Shown here: piece by piece, positions 45,645-54,923 of the stretch
Layout of the letters: the number at the start of each line of letters is the position of its first letter
Position numbering within the stretch: position 1 is the stretch's first letter
From: Candidatus Forterrea multitransposorum CG_2015-17_Forterrea_25_41
GTDB taxonomy: Archaea > Iainarchaeota > Iainarchaeia > Iainarchaeales > CSSED10-239
DNA: 64,000 nucleotides
Direction: 5' to 3'
NCBI GenBank assembly: GCA_009392915.1
Contig: CP045477.1
Span: forward strand, 256,001 to 320,000
The notes under the pieces: model-generated
What the model saw: the letters and a program-made list of their open reading frames with translations, nothing else
Told to the model about the DNA's origin: nothing
Database searches by the model: none
Program-made: the position numbers and the translations under genes

Positions 45645-47843
45645 ATGGGAAGAAAAGAACAAGTTGCTGAGCTTGCAGAAAAGCTTATGGCAAATACAAA
45701 AAATATTAGAAATATTGCAATTATTGCACACATTGATCATGGAAAATCTACTTTAACAGACAATTTAGTTGCAACTGCTGGTTTAATTTCAAAAGATTTA
45801 GCAGGAGAACAAAGATTCATGGATTCATATGTTTTAGAACAAGAAAGAGGAATTACAATTAATTCTGCAAACGTTTCTGTTCCATGTGATATTGATGGTG
45901 AAAAATTTTTAATAAATATTATTGATACACCAGGTCACGTTGATTTCACTGGTGATGTTATAAGAGCGATGAGAGCTGTTGATGGTGCTGTTTTAGTTGT
46001 TGATGCTGTTGAAGGTGTTATGCCACAAACAGAAACTGTATTAAGACAAGCTTTAAGAGAAAAAGTAAAACCTGTACTTTTTATTAATAAAGTTGATAGA
46101 TTAATTACAGAAATGCATGTAACTCCAGAAGATATGCAAAAGAAATTTGTTAAAGTTGTAATGGATATTAATAATTTAATTGCAAAAAATGCTCCTGAAG
46201 AATTCAGAAAAGATTGGTTAGTAAATATTGCAGATGGTTCTGTATGTTTTGGTTCTGGTTTCCATAATTGGTCTCTTTCAGTTCCTGCTATGAAAAAATA
46301 TAATGTAACTTTTAAAGATGTTATTGAGTATGCAGAAAATGAAAAACAAAAAGAACTTGCAGATAAAATTCCAATTTCAGAAGTTTTCTTAGGAATGGTT
46401 GCAAAACATCTTCCTGATCCAAAGACTTCTCAAAAATATAGAATCCCAACTATTTGGAAAGGAGATCCTGAATCCCCAGAAGGAAAAGCAATGTCTGAAT
46501 GTAATACTACATCAGAAGAAGTTTCAATGATGGTAACTGATATTGTTTTAGATAAACATGCAGGAGATATTGCTTCTGGAAGAATTTATTCTGGATCAAT
46601 TAAAAAAGGAATGGATTTAAAAGTTTTAGGAACAGATAGAACAACTAAAGTTCAATATGTTGGTATTTATTTAGGTCCTGAAAGAGTTATTTTAGATGAA
46701 GTAAAATCTGGAAATATTGCTGCAATTATTGGACTTAAAGAAGTTTATGCTGGTCAAACAATTGCAAGTCACGATATTGTTCCATTTGAAGATTTCATGT
46801 CAGATGTTGAACCAGTAATGACTGTTTCTGTTGAAGCTAAAAATTCAAAAGATCTTCCAAGATTAATTCAAGTTATTCATAATATAACTAAAGAAGATCC
46901 AAACATAAAAGCTGAATTAAATCAAGATACAGGAGAACATCTTTTATCAGGTATGGGTGAACTTCACTTAGAAATTACACAATACAAGATTGAAAAAGAT
47001 AATAATATTCCAATAACTGTTTCACCACCAATTGTTGTTTACTATGAAACAACAACACAAGAATCTCCAGTTGTTGAAGGAAAGACTCCAAACAAACACA
47101 ATAAATTTAAAGTTAGAGTTGAACCAATCTCTTCAGAAATGCTTGAAAAAATTAGAAAAATTAAGTTTACTGGAAAGATAAGACCTAACAAAGATTTAGA
47201 TATTATTAAAAAATTACAAGAAGCAGGATTTGATGTTGACGAATCAAAGAATGTTTGGGCAATCAATAATCATTCAATTTTAATTAATAGAACAAAAGGA
47301 ATACAAAACTTAAATGAAGTTAGAGAACTTATAATTGAAGGATTTACAGATGCTACAAATGAAGGTCCTGTTGCTAAAGAAAAAGTATCTGGAATTATTG
47401 TTTCTCTTGAAGATGCAACATTACACGAAGATGCAATCCACAGAGGTCCTGCACAAGTTCTTCCTGCAATAACAAGAGCAATATATGCTGGTGTACTTGC
47501 TGGTAACTATGTTCTTTTAGAACCAAAACAAAGTTTAACTGTTTCAGTTCCTCAAGATTTTATGGGTTCTGTTTCTAAAGTTTTATCTTCAAGAAGAGCA
47601 CAAATTGAAGATATTAAAACAGAAGGAGATTCTTCAATTTTTATTAGTAAGATTCCTGTAAAATCAATGATTGGTTTCTCACAAGAGATGAGAGGAGAAA
47701 CACAAGGTAGAGCTGTTTGGACTGCTGAATATTTTGGTTATGAACAACTTCCAAAAAGTATGCTTAAAGACACAATCATAGATATTAGAAAAAGAAAAGG
47801 TATGGATCCTGAACCAAAACCTGCTGAGTTTTTCATGGATTAA
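45645..47843 (+). CDS. fusA: Translation elongation factor 2 (aEF-2)
   Basis: G1 motif AHIDHGKST, DTPGHVDF, NKVDR, and diphthamide-site context HEDAIHRGPAQ. AGGTGA RBS 8 nt upstream. Confidence 0.95.
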   Translation: MGRKEQVAELAEKLMANTKNIRNIAIIAHIDHGKSTLTDNLVATAGLISKDLAGEQRFMDSYVLEQERGITINSANVSVPCDIDGEKFLINIIDTPGHVDFTGDVIRAMRAVDGAVLVVDAVEGVMPQTETVLRQALREKVKPVLFINKVDRLITEMHVTPEDMQKKFVKVVMDINNLIAKNAPEEFRKDWLVNIADGSVCFGSGFHNWSLSVPAMKKYNVTFKDVIEYAENEKQKELADKIPISEVFLGMVAKHLPDPKTSQKYRIPTIWKGDPESPEGKAMSECNTTSEEVSMMVTDIVLDKHAGDIASGRIYSGSIKKGMDLKVLGTDRTTKVQYVGIYLGPERVILDEVKSGNIAAIIGLKEVYAGQTIASHDIVPFEDFMSDVEPVMTVSVEAKNSKDLPRLIQVIHNITKEDPNIKAELNQDTGEHLLSGMGELHLEITQYKIEKDNNIPITVSPPIVVYYETTTQESPVVEGKTPNKHNKFKVRVEPISSEMLEKIRKIKFTGKIRPNKDLDIIKKLQEAGFDVDESKNVWAINNHSILINRTKGIQNLNEVRELIIEGFTDATNEGPVAKEKVSGIIVSLEDATLHEDAIHRGPAQVLPAITRAIYAGVLAGNYVLLEPKQSLTVSVPQDFMGSVSKVLSSRRAQIEDIKTEGDSSIFISKIPVKSMIGFSQEMRGETQGRAVWTAEYFGYEQLPKSMLKDTIIDIRKRKGMDPEPKPAEFFMD

Positions 47844-47897
47844 TTTTTCTTTTTCTTTTTTCTTTTATTTTTTTGTCCTTCTTTATATCTAGGACAA
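47844..47897 (+). terminator. Oligo-T tracts plus a 7-bp hairpin (ttgtcct/aggacaa) after EF-2
   Basis: Sequence tttttctttttcttttttcttttattttttt directly follows the stop. Hairpin at 47873-47897. Confidence 0.6.
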
Positions 47898-48106
47898 AGC
47901 TTCTTTTTTTCTTTTCTTTTTCTTTAAAACTATTTGTTTTATAATATTCTTCAAACTTTTTCTTGTTTTATTATTTGGACAGTTTATTTTTTTTATTAAA
48001 AATAATTATTTTTAAAAAATATATAACATTTATAAATGTTTACATCTACAGTATATAATATATTTTATTATTCTGCTTTTGCAGAAAAATTGGAGGGAGA
48101 AAAAAA

Positions 48107-48346
48107 ATGGCTGTAAAAAAGAAAGTAGTTGCAAAAAAAGCACCTGCTAAAAAAGCTGTTGTTAAGAAAAAAGCACCTGTTAAAAAAGTAGTTGCTAAAA
48201 AAGCACCAGCTAAAAAAGTAGTTGCAAAAAAAGCACCTGCTAAAAAAGCTGTTGTTAAAAAAGCACCTGCTAAAAAAGTAGTTGCTAAAAAAGCACCAGC
48301 TAAAAAAGTAGTTAAAAAGAAAGCACCTGCTAAAAAGAAAAAATAG
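48107..48346 (+). CDS. Small, very basic Lys/Ala/Val/Pro repeat protein (79 aa; about seven KKAPAKKVVA decapeptide repeats), histone-H1-tail-like
   Basis: 30-nt tandem periodicity (aaaaaagcacctgctaaaaaagtagttgct and variants) held in one open frame. Strong GGAGGG RBS 9 nt upstream, preceded by a ttctgc-tttt-gcagaa hairpin (48071-48086). Confidence 0.75.
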   Translation: MAVKKKVVAKKAPAKKAVVKKKAPVKKVVAKKAPAKKVVAKKAPAKKAVVKKAPAKKVVAKKAPAKKVVKKKAPAKKKK

Positions 48347-48476
48347 GTGTCATCTTTATTTAATAACTATTTTATTTTAATAAGTCTTTTTTTATAAAAG
48401 GCTTATTTTTTCTATTTTTTTAATATTTTCTTTTAAAAAATATATTTAAATACCTTAATATCTATCTATATATATC

Positions 48477-49604
48477 ATGATTAAAAATATAACTTTATTA
48501 GGTTCAAATAATGATATTGGTATTAAGACAATTGAGTTTTTAAAAAACAATACTAATAAGTTTAAAATCTATTCTCTTTCTTATGACTCTAAGGTAGATA
48601 ATCTTGATTTTTTTATATCTCAAATAAAAGATGTTTCTCCAAAGAAAGTTTTTATACCTTTAGAAAAAGATGCTGAATATATAGAATCTAAAACTAAGGT
48701 TGAGATAATTACAGGTACTGAAAATTTTCCTGAGTTTATAAAATCAAATGAAATTGATCAAGTAATTTCTTCTTTATCAGGACTTTCAAGTGTTAAAAAA
48801 ATATTATCAACTATTTATGAGTTTAAAGATATTACTTTACTTAATACATCTCCTTTTCTATATTGTGGAAGAATAATTACAAATGAAGTTAAATCAAAAG
48901 GAGTAAATTTTAATATTTTTTCATATCCAGTTTATTCTTTAGATTTTATTTTAAAATCTTCAAATATTAATTTTATTAAAAATATTAATTTATTTACAAA
49001 ACAAAAAAACAAAAAAGAAAAAATAACTATTAATGATTATAAAGATTTTGGAAGTTATCTTAAAGCATATTATTCTGAAAATAATATAAGACTTGTAAAT
49101 GATATGTTTATTATTTATTATTTATATAATATTCCAATAGATAATTTTAATTTTTATGAACAATCAGAAAGAATAATAAATATTGAAATAAAATTTTTAA
49201 ATGGTACAAGTGTTTTCTTTAAAGCAAATCTAGATATAGATAGTATTTTTAATTATTATTTTTTAGATAATGAAAAAATAGTTGAAAATAAAGAAAAAGA
49301 TCTTGATAAAATATCTTTTTCATATAAAAAAATAGATCCAACTAAAGAAAAGTTTTTAAGTTTAGGTATAGAAACTTTAAAAAAAGGTGGTTCTTTTCCA
49401 ATAATCTATTATATAACAATTGAAACATTACTTTATTATATTTATAAAAGAAAAATTAAAGAAAACATAGATATTTATAAAATTGTTAAAGAATTTTTAG
49501 AAGACAAAACACTTTATGATAAATTCCCTGATTTAAGTTCTGTTTATGCTATTGATAATAAGATAAATGAAAAAATCAAAAATAAATTTAATATTAAAAA
49601 CTAA
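48477..49604 (+). CDS. Highly divergent DXR (1-deoxy-D-xylulose-5-phosphate reductoisomerase)-like protein with degenerate cofactor and metal motifs
   Basis: Colinear with E. coli Dxr as I remember it. [11 protein letters not shown] aligns to [53 protein letters not shown] aligns to [50 protein letters not shown] aligns to PVDSEHNAIF. The C-terminal [12 protein letters not shown] aligns to LKLAMEAFEQGQ. Confidence 0.55.
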   Translation: [375 protein letters not shown]

Positions 49605-50380
49605 ATTGATTCTTCATAAATTATAATTCCAGCATTACTTTTTTCTTTAGCTTCTTTTAAAAGATTTTTATTTTCTTCAATATATTTAACACCATAGTTT
49701 GCAACTACATGCCCAAAACAGTATTTATTATTTATATTAAAGGTAAGTCTATTAAATCTTGTACAATAATGACTTCCTCCAACACCAACAGCTTCAATCC
49801 ATTGATTTTTATTTTTAATTTCTTCTTTGTTATAATCTTTAATATTTTCTATTAAGATTTTAATCATATATTTTGAAACTAATTTATTTGTCCAATCATT
49901 TTCACAAGATCCTATTTCATAAAATAAAGTTGGTTCTTCAAGATATGGTCCATGATGCGTTGCTTCTTGTTTAATTTCATATTCTTTTATTTCTTTAGGT
50001 TTATTTTTTTTTAATTCTATTAAAAGTAATCTCATTAATATTGGGTCAGCTTTTACAACTGCATGATCTTTTCCACCTAATTCTGCAATTCCCCAATTAC
50101 CGATTGCATGTACTGTCATACATTTAGGTTTATTTTCAGAAAGAGTAGAATGTCTTGACAAAAAGATAATTTGATCATATTTTTTTTCTCCAACAATATT
50201 TTTTTCTGAAGAATAAATATGTGTTTCTGATATTTCTTTGAAGAATATTTCGTTTTTACTTTCAATATTTATTTTATAGATTTTATCATCTATTTTTTCT
50301 AAAGAATAATAATTAAACAATTCTTCCTTAAGATTAATTGAAGCTAAATCTTCTTTTGAAGTAATTATTAAAATTTTCAT
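49601..50380 (-). CDS. dtdA: D-aminoacyl-tRNA deacylase, archaeal type (DtdA/DTD2)
   Basis: Motifs IITSKEDLASINL, IFLSRHS, CMTVHAIGNW, ELGG, EATHHGP and FYEIGS match the PF04414-type pattern. The 3' end overlaps the convergent DXR-like gene by 4 nt. Confidence 0.8.
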   Translation of the reverse strand: MKILIITSKEDLASINLKEELFNYYSLEKIDDKIYKINIESKNEIFFKEISETHIYSSEKNIVGEKKYDQIIFLSRHSTLSENKPKCMTVHAIGNWGIAELGGKDHAVVKADPILMRLLLIELKKNKPKEIKEYEIKQEATHHGPYLEEPTLFYEIGSCENDWTNKLVSKYMIKILIENIKDYNKEEIKNKNQWIEAVGVGGSHYCTRFNRLTFNINNKYCFGHVVANYGVKYIEENKNLLKEAKEKSNAGIIIYEESI

Positions 50381-50491
50381 AAAATTTACACCTTTTTTTC
50401 CAAAAGTTATTTAAATATATTTAAGTATATATATATAATAGACATAAATAATTATAAATTGTTTAGTATATTTAAAAGAAGGTGAATTTAA

Positions 50492-50845
50492 ATGATAAAT
50501 ATTACAAACTCTCTATTTCCGTTTAGATTAAACATTAATGAAAAAAACCCAATAGAATTAACTTTAAAAATAAAAAATATGGGTGTTGAAGATAAATTTA
50601 TAAGTTATGATGTAATTTTAGAAAGAACTCTTTCTTTTGATAAAAGTGGTCTTAAAAAATCAGTTTCAATAAGACACGGAACTTTAAAACCAGATGAAAC
50701 TATATCTGAAAAATTAGACATTTTTCCTTTCCAAGGTATTAAAGCAGGAGACCATAGAGTTTTAGTTATTGTTAACGAACATTATTTAGATTATACTTCT
50801 TTAAAACAAAAAACAGAGAAAGTAATTATCATTAGATCCTTCTAA
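50492..50845 (+). CDS. Hypothetical small beta-rich protein (117 aa)
   Basis: AGGTGA RBS upstream. The CARDB-like strand pattern NPIELTLKIKNMGVEDKF is weak evidence. Confidence 0.5.
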   Translation: MINITNSLFPFRLNINEKNPIELTLKIKNMGVEDKFISYDVILERTLSFDKSGLKKSVSIRHGTLKPDETISEKLDIFPFQGIKAGDHRVLVIVNEHYLDYTSLKQKTEKVIIIRSF

Positions 50846-50899
50846 TTTTTTTATTATTTTTTATTTTAAATAAAATCAATATAAAAAACTGAATAAAAT

Positions 50900-52078
50900 A
50901 TGTCCTTTATATATACTTGTCTTGAAAAATTATCTATTTTTCAAAAAAAATATAAATATTTAATTTTATTAATAACTATACTTATAACTATTTTCTTTAT
51001 ATTAGGTGTTCCAAAAATACAAATGGAAACTGATTTTTCAAAAATGTCTCCTTCAGAACTTGATATCTTTAAATTAAATGAAAAAATAACAGATAAGTTT
51101 GGAGGTTCTGATGTTGTTGTAATTATTTTAAAATATAATGATTCTTTTAATTCAAGTTTTAAAGAATATGATATCAGAAATATTGATGTTATAAATTATT
51201 TAGAAGAACTAGAAACTGAATTTAGAAAAGAAAGTCAAGTTAACACAGTAATTTCTGCATCAACTTATCTTTCTATGTTTTCTTTAAACTCAAATGAAGA
51301 TGTAATTAATTCTATTGATTTACTGCCAGGAATATCAGATTTTTTTAGTAAAGATTATAAAACAACAATTTTGTATTTAACTTCTGATTTATCTGGAAGT
51401 CAAGATAAAACAATTGCTTTTACTGAAATGATTAATGAAAAAATAAATCTTGTAAACAAACCAACTGGTATTGATGTTATGGTTACAGGAACAGCTCCTG
51501 TAGGTGTTACAGTTTTAGATATTTTAGGTAAAGATGCTGTTAAAACATTAATTTATGCGATTATTATTATATTATTTTTATTATTTATTACAGAAGCTTC
51601 TTTTTCAAGAGGTTTTTTAGTATTTTCTCCAATATTTTTAGGTGTTATTTGGACTATTGGAACAATGGGTTGGCTTTCAATTAAACTTTCAGTTGCAACT
51701 GTTGGAATTGGTGCAATGATTTTAGGTTTAGGTGTAGAGTATGGAGTTTTTATGACTTCAAGATACAGAGAAGAAAGAAATAAAGGAAAAACACAAGAAG
51801 AATCCTTAAAAGTTACTGTTCCTTCAATAGGTTCTTCAATTTTAGGTTCTGGCCTTACAACTATTGTTGGTTTCTTAGCATTAACTTTTTCAATTATGCC
51901 AGTTTTAAAAGATCTTGGTAATTCTCTTGCAATTGGAATTGGTTTTAGTTTATTTATTGCAATTTTTATTTCTCCAAGTCTTATAATTCTCTTTGAAGAC
52001 TTTACTTTTTGGTTCTCTAAAAAGATGCATGATACTTATAAAAATATCACTGATAAACAAGGAAGGTTGATAAAATGA
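50900..52078 (+). CDS. RND/MMPL-superfamily exporter, N-terminal half (1 TM + extracytoplasmic domain + 5 TM)
   Basis: Topology and SSD-like block GIGAMILGLGVEYGVFMTSRYREE; predicted exporter of the RND superfamily type. The stop overlaps the next start (ATGA). Confidence 0.75.
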   Translation: MSFIYTCLEKLSIFQKKYKYLILLITILITIFFILGVPKIQMETDFSKMSPSELDIFKLNEKITDKFGGSDVVVIILKYNDSFNSSFKEYDIRNIDVINYLEELETEFRKESQVNTVISASTYLSMFSLNSNEDVINSIDLLPGISDFFSKDYKTTILYLTSDLSGSQDKTIAFTEMINEKINLVNKPTGIDVMVTGTAPVGVTVLDILGKDAVKTLIYAIIIILFLLFITEASFSRGFLVFSPIFLGVIWTIGTMGWLSIKLSVATVGIGAMILGLGVEYGVFMTSRYREERNKGKTQEESLKVTVPSIGSSILGSGLTTIVGFLALTFSIMPVLKDLGNSLAIGIGFSLFIAIFISPSLIILFEDFTFWFSKKMHDTYKNITDKQGRLIK

Positions 52079-53301
52079 GTTGGTATGATAAACCTTTGAG
52101 CAGGTATTCTTATTTTGTATCTCATAGACCTTATCTTGTAATACTAATTGTTATTATACTTATTATTTTTGCAATGTATTTTTCATCAAAAGTAGAATAT
52201 GTTAATTTTAGTAATTCTGATATGGTTCCTGATAATTATGAAGTTGTAAAAGCATTTAATCTTTTAGAAGATACTTTTGGAAATCCATCAAGTATTTTAA
52301 TTGCAATTGAACTTGATGATTCTTTTCAAGGTTATAATAAAGTAAATGATCTTAGAGATTATAAAGTTATTGAATATATTGATGTAATTTCTCAATATAT
52401 TGAAAACACAGATTATATTTTGGAAGTTTCAAGTATTTCAACAGCTGTAAAAGAAGTTAATAATGGAATAATTCCTAAATCTAATCTAGAAATTAATAAA
52501 CTTATTAGTAATAATTTTATTTTTGAAAATATAATTAGTAAAGATTATTCAATGACATTAATTAGAATTTCTTTAACTGATGATTTCAGTGAAGAAGATA
52601 ATGCTGAAGAAGTTGTTTTTAATCTTGAAAAAATAATTTCATCAATAGATGACCCTAATATAGGTCTTAATGTTAATGTAGCAGGAGAAATTTCAGCAGG
52701 ACCAATTGTTGAAAGAGAAATTGGACCTGATATGCAAAAGACAAGTAGTTATTCTATATATGGAATAATTATTTTATTAATATTTATATTTGTAGTTGGA
52801 GAAGTAATTTCTTCATTTAATAAAAAACAATCAAAAAAAATAAAAATTTTAACAGTTCTTGGTTCAATAAGGTTTGGACTTATTCCTCTTTCAACAATAT
52901 TAATTGGAGTAATTTGGACTTTTGGATATCTTGGACTTGTTAAAATGGGTCTTTCTTCAATTACTTCAGGAGTAATTTCAATGATTATGGGTATTGGAAT
53001 TGATTTTGGTATCCAGACAGTTATGAGATTTAAACAAGAAATAAAAGATAAAACTCCTGAAAAAGCAATGGAAGAAACCATGAAAAATGTTTTTATTCCA
53101 ATGGCAACAACAACTATTGCTGCATTAATTGGTTTTAAAGCAATGTCAATGGGAGAATTAACTTTACTTCAAGATTTAGGGAAAATGATGAGTTATGGAG
53201 TTACTGCTTGTTTTTTTGCAGCAATAACATTTGTTCCAGCAATTTTAGTTGTTTTGGAAAAATGGATTTTATCTTTAAAAGTAAAATTTAAAAAGAAATG
53301 A
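52075..53301 (+). CDS. RND/MMPL-superfamily exporter, C-terminal half
   Basis: Same 1+5 TM architecture, with ISMIMGIGIDFGIQTVMRFKQE paralogous to the block in the upstream half. Confidence 0.75.
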   Translation: MSWYDKPLSRYSYFVSHRPYLVILIVIILIIFAMYFSSKVEYVNFSNSDMVPDNYEVVKAFNLLEDTFGNPSSILIAIELDDSFQGYNKVNDLRDYKVIEYIDVISQYIENTDYILEVSSISTAVKEVNNGIIPKSNLEINKLISNNFIFENIISKDYSMTLIRISLTDDFSEEDNAEEVVFNLEKIISSIDDPNIGLNVNVAGEISAGPIVEREIGPDMQKTSSYSIYGIIILLIFIFVVGEVISSFNKKQSKKIKILTVLGSIRFGLIPLSTILIGVIWTFGYLGLVKMGLSSITSGVISMIMGIGIDFGIQTVMRFKQEIKDKTPEKAMEETMKNVFIPMATTTIAALIGFKAMSMGELTLLQDLGKMMSYGVTACFFAAITFVPAILVVLEKWILSLKVKFKKK

Positions 53302-53332
53302 AATATTTTTAAAAAAAAAGGTGTGATTAAAT

Positions 53333-54583
53333 ATGAATAAAAAATATATGCTTATAGTTTTGGTTTTATTAACAATGATTTTAATAAAGCCAATTTATGC
53401 AAATGATTTAGATGTAGTTAAATTATCTGCAAATTTGCAAAATCAAGATCCAGATCCTGCAGTTCCTGGAGAATACTTAGAACTAAGATTTAATGTTTAT
53501 AAAACAGGTAATAATTCTGCAGAAAATATTCAATTTTACTTAGATGTTGAACATCCTTTATCATTTGATTTATCAGATACTCCTGATAGAAATATTTCTT
53601 TATGGAAAGGTCAATCAGGAGATGATTGGTATTATACTCTTTACTATAAAGTTTTAGTTGATTCTTTAGCTTTAGAAGGAGATTATGAAATTTCATTAAG
53701 ATATAAATATAATGATATAGATGTATGGAATATTGAAAAATTTAATATTAGAGTTGATAATAAAGAAGTCCCTAATTTTGTTTTTGGAAATTTATTAACA
53801 ACTCCTAGAAAACTTTTAAGTGGTCAAGAAGAAGCAAAAATAGATATTGATTTATTAAATATTGGAAAAGGGGATGCAGAAAATGTAATTCTAGAAGTAA
53901 ATCTTCCAGAAGGGTTTAATCCTACATATGCATATTCAGATAGAATTAATTTAGGGAATATTGATGCTTCTCAAAATAAAACTGGATCAATATATCTTGA
54001 TATTGATGATGAAATCAAATCAGGAATATATCAAGCTAAAGTTAAGGTAAAATATATTGAAGAAAGCGATTCTAAAAAAGAATTAAAAGAAAAAGAAATG
54101 ATTTTAGAAATTCCTGTTAAAGCAAAACCATATCTTAAAGTTACAAGTCAAGAAGTTTTAAATGAAACAAAAACTATATTTCCTGGACAAACTATTGACA
54201 TTAAGATAAATGTTAAAAACTTTGGAGATAAAGATGCAGAATCAGTTTCTTTAAGAGTTTTAAAAGATTCTTCTCATCCTTTTGATTTAGTTGAAAAATC
54301 TGATTTTATAGGTAATTTAGAATCTTTGCAAGAAGGTGAGGCTGTAATATCTATAGAAGTTGATCCTAATGCAAATTTAAAAGAATATAAATTAAATGTA
54401 GAAATTAGATCTATATCTGAAAATACAGTATTTATTGATGATGATTCAATTATTTTAAAAGTTGTTTCTGAAGATAAAAATAAAAATAATTTATTGATTC
54501 CTATTTTAGTAGTCTTATTTTTATTAGCTGGTTTGATTTATTATATATCAATTAAGAAAAAAAATAAAAAAGGAAAAAAATAA
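53333..54583 (+). CDS. Surface protein with repeated CARDB/COG1361-like beta-sandwich domains, signal peptide and C-terminal TM anchor
   Basis: Signal peptide MNKKYMLIVLVLLTMILIKPIYA|ND. Repeats LNIGKGDAENVILEVNLPEGF, NVKNFGDKDAESVSLRV and NQDPDPAVPGEYLELRFNV. C-terminal LLIPILVVLFLLAGLIYYISIKKKNKKGKK. AGGTGTGA RBS upstream. Confidence 0.7.
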   Translation: MNKKYMLIVLVLLTMILIKPIYANDLDVVKLSANLQNQDPDPAVPGEYLELRFNVYKTGNNSAENIQFYLDVEHPLSFDLSDTPDRNISLWKGQSGDDWYYTLYYKVLVDSLALEGDYEISLRYKYNDIDVWNIEKFNIRVDNKEVPNFVFGNLLTTPRKLLSGQEEAKIDIDLLNIGKGDAENVILEVNLPEGFNPTYAYSDRINLGNIDASQNKTGSIYLDIDDEIKSGIYQAKVKVKYIEESDSKKELKEKEMILEIPVKAKPYLKVTSQEVLNETKTIFPGQTIDIKINVKNFGDKDAESVSLRVLKDSSHPFDLVEKSDFIGNLESLQEGEAVISIEVDPNANLKEYKLNVEIRSISENTVFIDDDSIILKVVSEDKNKNNLLIPILVVLFLLAGLIYYISIKKKNKKGKK

Positions 54584-54593
54584 GTGATATTAT

Positions 54594-54920
54594 ATGTTTT
54601 CACATCAATTAAAAATAACTAAGAGTAGATTATATTTTGCTCTTACTTTTATTTTTGTTCTTCTTTTAATTGGTACTTTATTATTTAGTAATATAGAAGA
54701 ATGGTCTTTTGTAGATTCTTTTTATTTCTCTACAGCAACTTTAACAACTGTTGGGTATGGAGATTTAGTTCCTACTCATAATTTAAGTAAGATATTAACT
54801 TCAATATATACTCTTTTAGGTGTAGGTACATTCTTGTATTCTATAGGTATAGTTGCAGAATTTTATTTCTATAAGAGATTTACAATACTAAATAAAAAAA
54901 TAGAAAAAAGAAAGAAGTAG
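54594..54920 (+). CDS. Minimal two-TM potassium channel subunit (108 aa)
   Basis: Selectivity filter TLTTVGYGDLVP lies between two hydrophobic helices. No RCK/TrkA or other cytoplasmic domain. Confidence 0.85.
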   Translation: MFSHQLKITKSRLYFALTFIFVLLLIGTLLFSNIEEWSFVDSFYFSTATLTTVGYGDLVPTHNLSKILTSIYTLLGVGTFLYSIGIVAEFYFYKRFTILNKKIEKRKK

Positions 54921-54923
54921 AAT

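Noticed and set aside
48107-48346. The 30-nt tandem repeat considered as a noncoding satellite or CRISPR-like array
   Set aside because: There are no unique spacers between repeats. The repeats stay in one open frame from an ATG with a strong SD to a stop codon, and the variation between copies is mostly synonymous or conservative (gct/gca, cct/cca). A coding repeat is the better explanation.
52749-53081. 110-aa minus-strand ORF inside the second RND half. The remaining antisense or off-frame ORFs in the track fall in the same class: 22336-22563, 31694-31918, 34011-34193, 35860-36090, 41651-41860, 45073-45315, 47042-47266, 53490-53696, 55069-55266, 55133-55342, 56696-56944 and 62256-62474.
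   Set aside because: All overlap better-supported genes on the other strand or frame, and none has independent signals.
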